IMG/VR virus record: IMGVR_UViG_3300012940_000070
Coordinates: 1 to 32,065 of that record
Strand: one strand, 5' to 3'
Length of the DNA stretch: 32,065 bases
Source: a virus
Lineage: Duplodnaviria > Caudoviricetes
Shown: positions 1 to 7,631 of the stretch, one piece after another
How the letters are laid out: each line of letters begins with the position of its first letter
Numbering within the stretch: position 1 is the stretch's first letter
Notes under the pieces: model-generated
Database searches by the model: none
What the model was told of the DNA's origin: nothing
What the model saw: only the letters and a program-made list of their open reading frames with translations
Translations under genes and position numbers: made by a program

Positions 1-63
1 ACCAGAAGAGAAATTGGGATTTGCCGGTTTTACCGCCGGTGCGGTCAGGGGCGTATCAGCCAT
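1..63 (-). CDS. serC: Phosphoserine aminotransferase, 5' end (host gene, continues beyond window)
   Basis: Reverse strand from ATG at 63 reads MADTPLTAPAVKPANPNFSSG; the KPANPNFSSG motif is the typical N-terminus of alphaproteobacterial SerC; GGGAGG RBS upstream. Confidence 0.85.
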   Translation of the reverse strand, partial: MADTPLTAPAVKPANPNFSSG

Positions 64-112
64 GAGCGACCCTCCCAGGTCGAAAGTCTCACGTTAGGGT
101 GAGATGTCCTGA
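64..112 (-). ncRNA. serC leader cis-regulatory RNA
   Basis: Minus strand has hairpin TCTCAC-cctaac-GTGAGA then CGACCT-GGGA-GGGTCG, which sequesters the serC RBS; matches the described architecture of the alphaproteobacterial serC leader. Confidence 0.7.
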
Positions 113-117
113 GGCGG

Positions 118-146
118 GAGATACGGCAAGTCCTGGAAAAGCGCAA
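118..146 (-). promoter_or_regulatory. Putative serC sigma70 promoter
   Basis: TTGCGC-N17-TATCTC on the minus strand just upstream of the leader. Confidence 0.45.
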
Positions 147-200
147 GTAGCAAAGCGATGTTGGTGACATCGATGTGCGACATGTCGCAGGTTCATGCAG

Positions 201-215
201 GAACGGGTCAGGAAC
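201..215. promoter_or_regulatory. Alphaproteobacterial LexA (SOS) box
   Basis: GAAC-gggtcag-GAAC (GAAC-N7-GAAC). Confidence 0.5.
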
Positions 216-251
216 CCATCAGCGTTTGTGGCACATAACTGACACAGCCTT

Positions 252-266
252 GTTCTCTTTCTGTTC
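252..266. promoter_or_regulatory. Alphaproteobacterial LexA (SOS) box
   Basis: GTTC-tctttct-GTTC (GTTC-N7-GTTC) about 30 bp upstream of ORF 299. Confidence 0.7.
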
Positions 267-298
267 ACGAAATATGAATCACCTCCTCACAGGAGGCA

Positions 299-670
299 AT
301 GATGGAGCTAGACAAGCGAGGTTTTGTCCGCCTCAACACCCTGCGCGACTATTTAGAGCGCGGGCATACCATCTCCGCCCATTGCACGCGAACGTCGCCG
401 GTATGCACCCATTGGAGGGTGCTGGACCTCAATATGCTGGCGCAGCGTTTGGGCTGGGAGTTCGAGCCGGTGCGCGATCGCGAGTTGCTTCTACGCAGAC
501 TGGTATGTGAAAAATGCGGGCACCGGGGCGCTTCGTTCATCATGGGAGTTCTGAACGCACCCACAGTCGGCGCCGCTCACCACTATCCACCCAGCATAGG
601 CACAACTGATCAGCCATCCCCCCTCTACCCAAAGAAGCGCCGGAGCCGAAAACGGCCGCCAAGCGTTTGA
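299..670 (+). CDS. Hypothetical Zn-binding protein, probably SOS-regulated
   Basis: GGAGG RBS; HC-x6-CxH ... CxxC motifs; basic C-terminal tail. Confidence 0.75.
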   Translation: MMELDKRGFVRLNTLRDYLERGHTISAHCTRTSPVCTHWRVLDLNMLAQRLGWEFEPVRDRELLLRRLVCEKCGHRGASFIMGVLNAPTVGAAHHYPPSIGTTDQPSPLYPKKRRSRKRPPSV

Positions 671-686
671 CCGTTGGAGGTGGCAC

Positions 687-944
687 ATGACCGACCGGCT
701 ACTGATCCTGAACGACGAGGAGGAGGCATTCCTACGCTGGGCGCTGAACGTGTGGGAGGATACTTTCCGTGGCGTTCTGGACGACCATGTTGTCGAAGCC
801 CGTCATCGCCACGATGCCATCTTCCGCCAGCTAGATGGCGCCTACACCGAAGAGCAGAAAGACCAGATGCTTAATGTGGCGGCTGAACTGGCATTGCCGA
901 CCACGTTCAAGAGGCCGGCACATTCGCCGCCCTGGGCATCGTGA
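687..944 (+). CDS. Hypothetical protein
   Basis: GGAGG RBS at 676-680; 85 aa helical, natural-looking composition. Confidence 0.65.
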   Translation: MTDRLLILNDEEEAFLRWALNVWEDTFRGVLDDHVVEARHRHDAIFRQLDGAYTEEQKDQMLNVAAELALPTTFKRPAHSPPWAS

Positions 945-1004
945 TTTCTCACAATGGACCGCGCCGGGGAAGCGCGGGAAGCTGATGGGAAATGGAGTTG
1001 CGGA

Positions 1005-1232
1005 ATGTCTGACGAACCGTTGATCGCGCCTTCGCTGCAAAAGCTGCTTTTGGCCGAGCGAAACCTGCTCACCGTGTTGACGACGATCCAGCGGGAATTG
1101 GCGGCGTTTGGGGTCCCCTCCTTGAAGATTGAGGGCCGCTCGCTATTAGAGCTATTTGAAGGTCAAACGGGACCCGGTTTATCTGCCAGCGCTGACCGCA
1201 ATGCTCGAAGGAAACCGAGAGGGATCCATTGA
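1005..1232 (+). CDS. Hypothetical protein
   Basis: GGAG upstream of ATG 1005 (MSDEPLIAPSLQKLL...). Confidence 0.4.
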   Translation: MSDEPLIAPSLQKLLLAERNLLTVLTTIQRELAAFGVPSLKIEGRSLLELFEGQTGPGLSASADRNARRKPRGIH

Positions 1233-1288
1233 CCCGAAAGGGTAGCCAGTCCTTCACGGGCTGGCTGCAGATCGGGCAGACTACCGCC

Positions 1289-1696
1289 CTACTCTGCCGA
1301 GGCGCGGGCAATGGCTGGCGCCCTGCCAAGATCGAACACCGCGGCCTTGGACTGGCTTTCGAGGCGTTGAAGGATTTCCTTTACGACCTTGAGGTCGCCA
1401 GACTGCTGGGAAACCGCATCGCGAAGTTGGTCAAGAGAGCGCGCCACAGTCACCCCTGAGGCTTCCGCGGCCGTCAGGCGGTAATCCATGGTGTCAATCT
1501 TGCGCACCTGGCTTTCCAACGCTTCTACGCGCGTCTCAACGTACTTCGCTCGCTCGAAGAACTGACCATAGCCGATGGCTATCGCGGCCAGGGTGATGAT
1601 GAAGCCCCCAACACTAACGATCGTATTCAGGTTCCAGCGGAACCCGTCTTTCTGCGCTTGGGGAAGGTGCATAGCACTGTGCTCTTCTTCTGCCAC
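1289..1696 (-). CDS. Lysis-cassette membrane protein (one TM plus coiled coil)
   Basis: Hydrophobic helix TIVSVGGFIITLAAIAIGYG followed by heptad-like region; last gene of the lysis cluster. Confidence 0.75.
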   Translation of the reverse strand: MAEEEHSAMHLPQAQKDGFRWNLNTIVSVGGFIITLAAIAIGYGQFFERAKYVETRVEALESQVRKIDTMDYRLTAAEASGVTVARSLDQLRDAVSQQSGDLKVVKEILQRLESQSKAAVFDLGRAPAIARASAE

Positions 1697-1711
1697 GAGT
1701 AGGTCTTTCGA

Positions 1712-2002
1712 TCAGGGCTTGAAGGTGTGGGGCTTGCCGGTCTGGGCCTCAGCGGCGGCAACTGCCTCCTCCGGACTAGCGAAGGTGGGCAGCTCCCGTG
1801 ATGGAGTCCGAACGTTCGGCACCAGCCAGACCAGCAGCGCGCCGATACCGCCGAGAACTGCGGTGGCCGTTGCTTCGTCAAGGCCAAGATCGATACCGAC
1901 ATAGACGCGGACAAACGCGACCACGGCCATGGCGACCGCGACCCAAAACTTGAGGGCGCGCAGCGGGCCGAACATGGAGAGGAGATTCAGAATGGCAGAC
2001 AT
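1712..2002 (-). CDS. Putative holin
   Basis: 96 aa, two TM segments, charged C-terminus, directly after endolysin; GGAGG RBS. Confidence 0.65.
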   Translation of the reverse strand: MSAILNLLSMFGPLRALKFWVAVAMAVVAFVRVYVGIDLGLDEATATAVLGGIGALLVWLVPNVRTPSRELPTFASPEEAVAAAEAQTGKPHTFKP

Positions 2003-2011
2003 TGGCGCCTC

Positions 2012-2680
2012 CTAATGCGCGACGAAGAAAGCGGCCGCAAAAGCGACAGCGACGAGGACGATGATGAAGGCGAGGACTTGGCCCTTGCCAATTGCCGGCT
2101 TGTCCGCGGCAGGCGGCGGGGTGGCCGCTGATGGCTTCGGAGCGACGTGTGCATCCTTCGCCTTGTCGAGGACCGCCTCAACGCTCTCGGGCGATGTGAG
2201 CGCCTTGTTGAGGCCGTCGCCGGCATAGTAGCTCTGACCCCGCTTTACCGCCCTGTTGGCGCCCTGGGTATCGGCCAGCACGGGCAGCGAAGCCCATTCC
2301 TGCGCGAGGGCCTTTCCGAACGCCTCCCGGCTCATGAAGCCCGCGACGAAGTTGGACCATCCGCGGCGCTTGAGGAGTTCGTAGCCAAGCCGGTCTTGGA
2401 AATCAGGTGAGAACGTTTCCTTGCCCGAAAGGCCGAGCGCCTTTTTCAGATCCTTGAGCGTGGCGTTCATGAACTGGTAGCGACCAGCAGCGGAGGACCT
2501 ATGAGCCTTCGTCCAGCTCGGGCCGGCGGCGATCACCTCATCCAGCGTCATGGACGTGAGCGGTTTGGCCAGCTTGCCCTGGTTGTTGCCGTAGATGGTG
2601 CCATAGCCCTTCGGGGCTTCAATGGCTCCGATGAAGTCGAGCAGAAGCATCGCGCCAGGTGGCACGTTTGGATTGGCCAT
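2012..2680 (-). CDS. Endolysin, lambda R-like lysozyme/transglycosylase fold with C-terminal TM helix
   Basis: LLDFIGAIE, SSAAGRYQF, FSPDFQD, LAQEWASLP motifs; Pro/Ala linker and hydrophobic C-terminus; GGAGG RBS. Confidence 0.88.
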   Translation of the reverse strand: MANPNVPPGAMLLLDFIGAIEAPKGYGTIYGNNQGKLAKPLTSMTLDEVIAAGPSWTKAHRSSAAGRYQFMNATLKDLKKALGLSGKETFSPDFQDRLGYELLKRRGWSNFVAGFMSREAFGKALAQEWASLPVLADTQGANRAVKRGQSYYAGDGLNKALTSPESVEAVLDKAKDAHVAPKPSAATPPPAADKPAIGKGQVLAFIIVLVAVAFAAAFFVAH

Positions 2681-2702
2681 TACGGCCTCCTCTCTATCGA
2701 TG

Positions 2703-2733
2703 AAAAAGAAAACGGCCCCGCGTCAGCGAGGCC
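2703..2733 (-). terminator. Rho-independent terminator upstream of the lysis cassette
   Basis: GGCCTCGC-tgac-GCGGGGCC followed by GTTTTCTTTTT on the minus strand. Confidence 0.7.
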
Positions 2734-2788
2734 TTAGATCGTGATTTATCCCAATGGTCGTCATCTTCGGCGGCGGGCTATCGTACGG

Positions 2789-2886
2789 TGGCGCCAAGCC
2801 CAACGTGCCCCCGCGCGAGGCGCCAATAGGTGGGCCGGGACGCTCTCGAACCACCTCCAGCCCCGGCCCACCTCAAACCTTCCTTT
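2789..2886 (+). ncRNA. Candidate two-hairpin small RNA with C-rich loops
   Basis: Stems TGGCGCC/GGCGCCA (2789-2825) and perfect 12-bp AGGTGGGCCGGG/CCCGGCCCACCT (2828-2873) with CCACCTCCA in the loop; intergenic. Confidence 0.35.
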
Positions 2887-2896
2887 GCGGCTGACG

Positions 2897-3289
2897 CTAG
2901 GCCTCGGCCGCCAGGAGTTCCTTAGCTCGCGCGGCTCCAAGAGCGCCGGTGACCGCCGCCATCAAACTGTCGAACAACGGATCATCGCTGACGAAGTATT
3001 CCACTGCCCCGTAGAGCTGCCGAAGCTTCGCGGAGGTTTCTGACGAGGCCAGGATGAATTCGAGTGTGGCCGCCTCGGCGTCCGAAAGGCGACGGACAAA
3101 GGTCGATTTGTAGAGCCGGCAGGTCGCCGGCGGATCGACCCAGTTGTCGATGATAGCCCTTACTTCACCGCGCTGTTCATCCGAGGGGGCATCGATGTAG
3201 TGCACATCGGTCACCCCTTCGTCGTTCGCTGACAGGCCATATATCGGTACGATTGCGTTGACTGCTTTGGTCAGAGCTTCGAGATCCAT
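2897..3289 (-). CDS. Putative tail fibre assembly/chaperone protein
   Basis: 130 aa acidic ORF immediately after the tail fibre gene. Confidence 0.6.
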   Translation of the reverse strand: MDLEALTKAVNAIVPIYGLSANDEGVTDVHYIDAPSDEQRGEVRAIIDNWVDPPATCRLYKSTFVRRLSDAEAATLEFILASSETSAKLRQLYGAVEYFVSDDPLFDSLMAAVTGALGAARAKELLAAEA

Positions 3290-3292
3290 CGC

Positions 3293-4414
3293 TTACCCCA
3301 TCACACTGCCTGAAATGACAAAACCGGAAGCCGATGCCGGAATGCTAAAGGTCCCGGTGGTTGTCCAAACCGACGGATACATGAAGAACCTCCCCTCGTC
3401 GGCGGGCAGCTCTTCCGAGCCAGTCTGAATGATGCGGGTGTTGGCTGCGGGCGCCTGACCTGCGGCACTTGCAACGTTCACGCCGCCAGCGGCGCCGACC
3501 TTCTGATAGAAAACATTGAAGAAGATGCCGCCGCCGACGGCGCTATGCTGCCCCGGCGCAACGTAAGACATGTCAACCGCGTCAAGCCCGAACGATAGCC
3601 ATTGCAGCCGGAGAGTCGGGCTGCTTAGCTCCACCGGAGACGTGGAAGTCGTCGAAGCATTGGTGGTCGATGCTGCCCGGAGGCGCTTGACGCGACGGTT
3701 GAACCAGGAAATCACGTACCGCCTGGTGTCATCGTCCACAAAGACGGGCCCCGTGTCGGGAGACACCATTCCGACCAGGGTCCGCGTGTTGTCGCCGCTC
3801 TTGATTTCGACGCCCACGTTTCCTGCAAGTGTGGACGTTGCATGGCCGGTGGTCGACGCCTCCAATGCCATCGTTCCGCTGTTCATATAGGCGTACACGT
3901 AGTAGTTCGTTCCGGCCGTGAGGCCCGATACCGCAAGGCTAACGCCGGTGCTCGGTATGGTCTCAATATTGCCGTTGATCGCGATCTTGTCGCCGCCGAA
4001 TGGCGTCAACGCGCAACTGGTGGAACTGACCAAATCGAAGCGGCATTGCCCCACCTTTGCTAGGTCGCTAAAGAGCGCAACGGTACCGCTGGCGTTCGGG
4101 ATCTTGAGGGTGCGCGTGGTGGAAGCGGCAATCTGAGACGCATCGAAGATGAATAGCTTCGATGCGTCGATGCTATCCGAGATTCGAAGGTTGGTCCCCT
4201 TCACCGAAGTCGTTCCGTCGAACAGGCTATCAATCGCGCCTTGTTTTGAGCTTCCTCCCGTGCCGCCGAGATTGACCGGCCACGCGGTGTTGAGCGTCAA
4301 AGCGATATCTTCAAGCGGAGTATTGTGCTGCGCGGCCGTGATAATCGTTCCAGGTATGGCCAGATAGATCGGCGGCAGCGAGTACGTATAGGTCGGGGGG
4401 CCCCCACGCGGCAT
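3293..4414 (-). CDS. Tail fibre / receptor-binding protein
   Basis: True start ATG 4414 (MPRGGPPTYTYSLP) with AGGAG RBS; Thr/Ser/Gly-rich beta-type sequence; PVNLGGTG motif; position after ejection genes. Confidence 0.8.
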   Translation of the reverse strand: MPRGGPPTYTYSLPPIYLAIPGTIITAAQHNTPLEDIALTLNTAWPVNLGGTGGSSKQGAIDSLFDGTTSVKGTNLRISDSIDASKLFIFDASQIAASTTRTLKIPNASGTVALFSDLAKVGQCRFDLVSSTSCALTPFGGDKIAINGNIETIPSTGVSLAVSGLTAGTNYYVYAYMNSGTMALEASTTGHATSTLAGNVGVEIKSGDNTRTLVGMVSPDTGPVFVDDDTRRYVISWFNRRVKRLRAASTTNASTTSTSPVELSSPTLRLQWLSFGLDAVDMSYVAPGQHSAVGGGIFFNVFYQKVGAAGGVNVASAAGQAPAANTRIIQTGSEELPADEGRFFMYPSVWTTTGTFSIPASASGFVISGSVMG

Positions 4415-4425
4415 AATGATATCTC

Positions 4426-5439
4426 CTAAACGAGCGAACGCGGCGTGCTTCCGCTTGATGATGTCGAGCGGTTGGACGATGGCGCGGATTTGTAGAGAGT
4501 GGCGCCGCCAGCGAGAGCGCGGCCGATAGCATCTTGTGTCATCGTGCCACCGAGAGCCGCATGGTTGGCGCGATAGACATCCATGTTTTGCCCCTCGTGA
4601 TATGTGTCTTCGAAGGCGCGAGAGCTCTCTGAACCGCGCCCCGAGTCGGGGCGCATGAGCGACATTAGCGAGGTGCCATTGCGATTGACGGCTGTTACTG
4701 GTGTTCCGCCAGCCACAATCCCTGGCACCGCCCGCGGCGCCTGCGGGATGTTCATCCCCATCAGCATCTTGCCAATGGCGGTGCGGCCCTGCAGGGAGCC
4801 CATGGCCTGCATGAGGCTCATCCCTGGATTGGCGCTTTCCATTTGCTTGATCGCGGGGGCCGCCTGCAGCTTGGCGTAGTCCACGGCGCCCAAGAGGCCA
4901 CCCGACAATCCGCCCCAAAGCGATCCCATCACACCGGGCGGCTTCTGACTGCTGGTAGCGGAGCCAATGGCACCAAGTGCAGGATTGTCCAGGTTGGATT
5001 GGTAGGCGCTGAGGAACGATCGATTACCGATCCCCTGCTCTATCCCGCCTGGAAGCGATGTCCACTGGTTGCGAAGCGATGATGGCACGCGGGATAGGTC
5101 GCCCGCCTCCAAGTCGTCCTGCAGGCTGCGTCCGGTGTCGCGTCGATACTCGTCTTTGGCTATCGCCCAGGCGACCGCATCTTGCGAAGCTGGCGTAAAA
5201 TCGGTGACACCGGCACGGGGAGCATAGTCGCCCCATGTGGATGCAAGTATCTGGTACTTGCCGGCCGCGCTCGATTTCTTCCCCGCGTTGGGACCGCTAG
5301 CAATGGTCACGTACTGACGGGGATGGTCGCTGAAATCGGTAATCCGATCCCCGCCATAGATCACATCATATGCGCCCTTGCTCTCGGGCCCGGCAATGGT
5401 GTCGAGGAGTGCGCGGGCTACCGCTGGCAATTCGGCCAT
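4426..5439 (-). CDS. Virion-associated peptidoglycan hydrolase (lambda R-like lysozyme domain) / ejection protein
   Basis: ALLDTIAGPES, YDVIYGG, SDHPR, SSAAGKYQ, NQWTSLPG motifs followed by Gly/Ala/Met-rich tail. Confidence 0.85.
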   Translation of the reverse strand: MAELPAVARALLDTIAGPESKGAYDVIYGGDRITDFSDHPRQYVTIASGPNAGKKSSAAGKYQILASTWGDYAPRAGVTDFTPASQDAVAWAIAKDEYRRDTGRSLQDDLEAGDLSRVPSSLRNQWTSLPGGIEQGIGNRSFLSAYQSNLDNPALGAIGSATSSQKPPGVMGSLWGGLSGGLLGAVDYAKLQAAPAIKQMESANPGMSLMQAMGSLQGRTAIGKMLMGMNIPQAPRAVPGIVAGGTPVTAVNRNGTSLMSLMRPDSGRGSESSRAFEDTYHEGQNMDVYRANHAALGGTMTQDAIGRALAGGATLYKSAPSSNRSTSSSGSTPRSLV

Positions 5440-5453
5440 GTTATATCGTCCTC

Positions 5454-5780
5454 ATGAAATCACTTATTGTCGGTGGCATCGCACTGGTGTTGTCCTCGCC
5501 AGTGGCGGCCCAGGACGGGGACTTCGTGAGGTCGATGTGCATGTCCGAGAGTAAGGAACAGGTAGCTCTCTGCGTCGGGTATACGACTGGATTGGCTCAA
5601 TCGCTGCTTCTCACAAACAGAGTCAAAAGCCTTCTGGGTAATTTCTGCCCCGGAGACTTCCAGCCAAAGAATGCTGGCGCCTTGGTGCTGGAATGGCTTG
5701 ATGCTCATCCTGACCGGCGCAACCAAGATATTGCTGGAACGATGCTAATGGCACTTAAGGACAAGTTCCCTTGCCTATGA
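5454..5780 (+). CDS. Rap1a/Tai-family secreted immunity-like protein
   Basis: Signal peptide; C...CxGYxxG...CP...WLxxHP...AL...FPC pattern; antisense to the late operon. Confidence 0.75.
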   Translation: MKSLIVGGIALVLSSPVAAQDGDFVRSMCMSESKEQVALCVGYTTGLAQSLLLTNRVKSLLGNFCPGDFQPKNAGALVLEWLDAHPDRRNQDIAGTMLMALKDKFPCL

Positions 5781-6148
5781 AGCAGATCGACCTCGATCCA
5801 AAAGGCTACAGGAACTCCGCCCCTATTCCGGCAGTCGGCTGGTGGTTCTTCGGTTCGCTCGCCGTGTGCATTGCGGCAATGATTGCCTTCTGGGCGACGA
5901 GCTACGATAACCTTGCGATGCTCGCTATGTTCCTTGGAGCGCTGAACCTGGGGAAGTCATACGCACGGTGGGCGGACCCGAGCGGGAGCATTTTCCTCCC
6001 AGACGGACTGGGCCGCCTTGGTGGCTTCTTTCTCGCGATCACGTTCGGGCTCATGGTTTCCATCATCGTGCAGGCCATTTTTGGCGAGCCTCTTTGGAAC
6101 CTAATCCACTGGGTAAACACCCAATTCAGTCAAGCGCCAGCATTCTAG
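5777..6148 (+). CDS. Multi-pass membrane protein, possible superinfection exclusion factor
   Basis: ATGA coupling to the Rap1a-like gene; about three hydrophobic helices. Confidence 0.65.
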   Translation: MKQIDLDPKGYRNSAPIPAVGWWFFGSLAVCIAAMIAFWATSYDNLAMLAMFLGALNLGKSYARWADPSGSIFLPDGLGRLGGFFLAITFGLMVSIIVQAIFGEPLWNLIHWVNTQFSQAPAF

Positions 6149-7631
6149 AAATAGCGGCAGGGACCTTCGGCGCCTGTGATCCTTCCGCGGCGACGAGAGC
6201 CTGAGCCACCCTAGAAATGGTTGGGTTAGCTGCAAGAGATGCGCCACCATTGCGACCTAGCGCCGCCGCTAGGCGTGCGTTGTTCATCGTCATTGCCGTT
6301 GCGGCCTGCCTCGATGCGAGCCCGGTGCCCATCGCGCCAAGGCCGGCTATTGTGCCGACACCCGGGCCGCCCACAGCGTTGCCGACTGCAAATGGGACAC
6401 CAAACCCAGCACCCATGCTGACGACGCCAGTCGGGGCTAGCTTGCCGACATAACGAAGCGCATTCTCAATAGGGCCGCCACGTGCCACTTGCCGGATTGC
6501 GTCGATCTCGGCATCCGAGAATCCCTTTAGTTGCCCTTTGATTATCTGGCGATCGAGGTTGCGGAACTCAGTGCGCAACGCATTTTCAAAGCCGGAGCCG
6601 GAAAACTGCCCGGCCCTCGAACCGGCCAATTCAATGGCCTGCTCGATGAGTTCTCCCCTCTTGGCCTGAGCATAGAGACCACGAGCCGCCGCCAGTTCCG
6701 GGCCAGACTGCGCGAGGAAGTCATCGAACTTATCGATCATTATGGAGGCGATGCGCGATTGATCTGGATTGGTTGGGTCTTTTGCTGCCGCTGCCAGAAT
6801 GCGCCGCATGGTCTGGGCGTTATCCACTGTCATTCCATTGGCGCCAGATTCCTGCAACCGCTTAAGGGCCGCGGTGGCACCCGGATGCAATGTCTGGTCG
6901 ATACCTTCGGAAATCGCCGTGGCGGCGATGTCGTCGGCCACTTGTTTCACAGAGGACTGCGGGAACACATATCCCTTGGCCTTGGCCGCTTCATAGAGCT
7001 GGCCGGCCTGCGCCTTGAGTTCTTCAACGGTCGGGACAGCGCTTTGAGCAGACTTATTCGCGAGGGCTCCGGCAGCCCCGCCCATCACGCCTCCGGTAAG
7101 CCCACCAATGCCAGCACCCCACGCCGCCTGGTTAATTCTGTCCGGGGTGTCCTTTCCGTTCCCGAGGCCATGCAGCGCCCCATACGCGGCGCCTTCCAAG
7201 ACCCCTCGCCCGCCCATGGACAGAACAGTCGGCGCCGCGCCCTTCATAAGCGTAAGCCCGGCGCCAGAAAGCCCGAGCCCCGTGCCGATGCCGCCCGCGA
7301 TTTGCCCAACAGTTGCAGCCGTAGGATCTGCGGCTTGCGTGGCCTGGTCATAGCCGCGGCTCTTTTCAAGCGCTTGGTTGTAGGAGCGCCCGGGGTCGAA
7401 GCCTTTGCCCTGAAATGCGTCAATGGCCATTTCGATAGGCGTCATCATCCCAGCATTGATCTCGTCGCCGAAACCAAAGGTCATGCCCTGCATGGCACCA
7501 GTCTGGGCTGCCGCCATGGAATTGTTGAGGGCAGAGGGAAGCGAGCCGGAGCCACCAGCTACCGCCTTAGCCTTGGCCATCTTGGCCATTGCCTCTGCTT
7601 CGGCCCGCTTCTGCTCAATGGTTATTTCCAT
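6126..7631 (-). CDS. Putative DNA ejection (injection) protein
   Basis: Start MEITIEQ at 7631; QGMTFGFGDE motif; Gly/Ala-rich hydrophobic stretches typical of podovirus internal proteins. Confidence 0.75.
   Translation of the reverse strand: MEITIEQKRAEAEAMAKMAKAKAVAGGSGSLPSALNNSMAAAQTGAMQGMTFGFGDEINAGMMTPIEMAIDAFQGKGFDPGRSYNQALEKSRGYDQATQAADPTAATVGQIAGGIGTGLGLSGAGLTLMKGAAPTVLSMGGRGVLEGAAYGALHGLGNGKDTPDRINQAAWGAGIGGLTGGVMGGAAGALANKSAQSAVPTVEELKAQAGQLYEAAKAKGYVFPQSSVKQVADDIAATAISEGIDQTLHPGATAALKRLQESGANGMTVDNAQTMRRILAAAAKDPTNPDQSRIASIMIDKFDDFLAQSGPELAAARGLYAQAKRGELIEQAIELAGSRAGQFSGSGFENALRTEFRNLDRQIIKGQLKGFSDAEIDAIRQVARGGPIENALRYVGKLAPTGVVSMGAGFGVPFAVGNAVGGPGVGTIAGLGAMGTGLASRQAATAMTMNNARLAAALGRNGGASLAANPTISRVAQALVAAEGSQAPKVPAAISRMLALD

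Noticed and set aside
229-243. Sigma54 promoter (TGGCAC)
   Set aside because: The -12 position reads TGAC rather than TTGC
2897-4414. Diversity-generating retroelement or invertible tail-fibre cassette
   Set aside because: No reverse transcriptase, invertase, or duplicated fibre C-terminus seen in the window
4415-4918. N-terminal extension of the tail fibre ORF, suggesting a fusion or frameshift with the lysozyme gene
   Set aside because: Extension is Arg-rich off-frame sequence; a strong AGGAG RBS supports ATG 4414. The same applies to the track's extensions to 12103, 9934 and 7712
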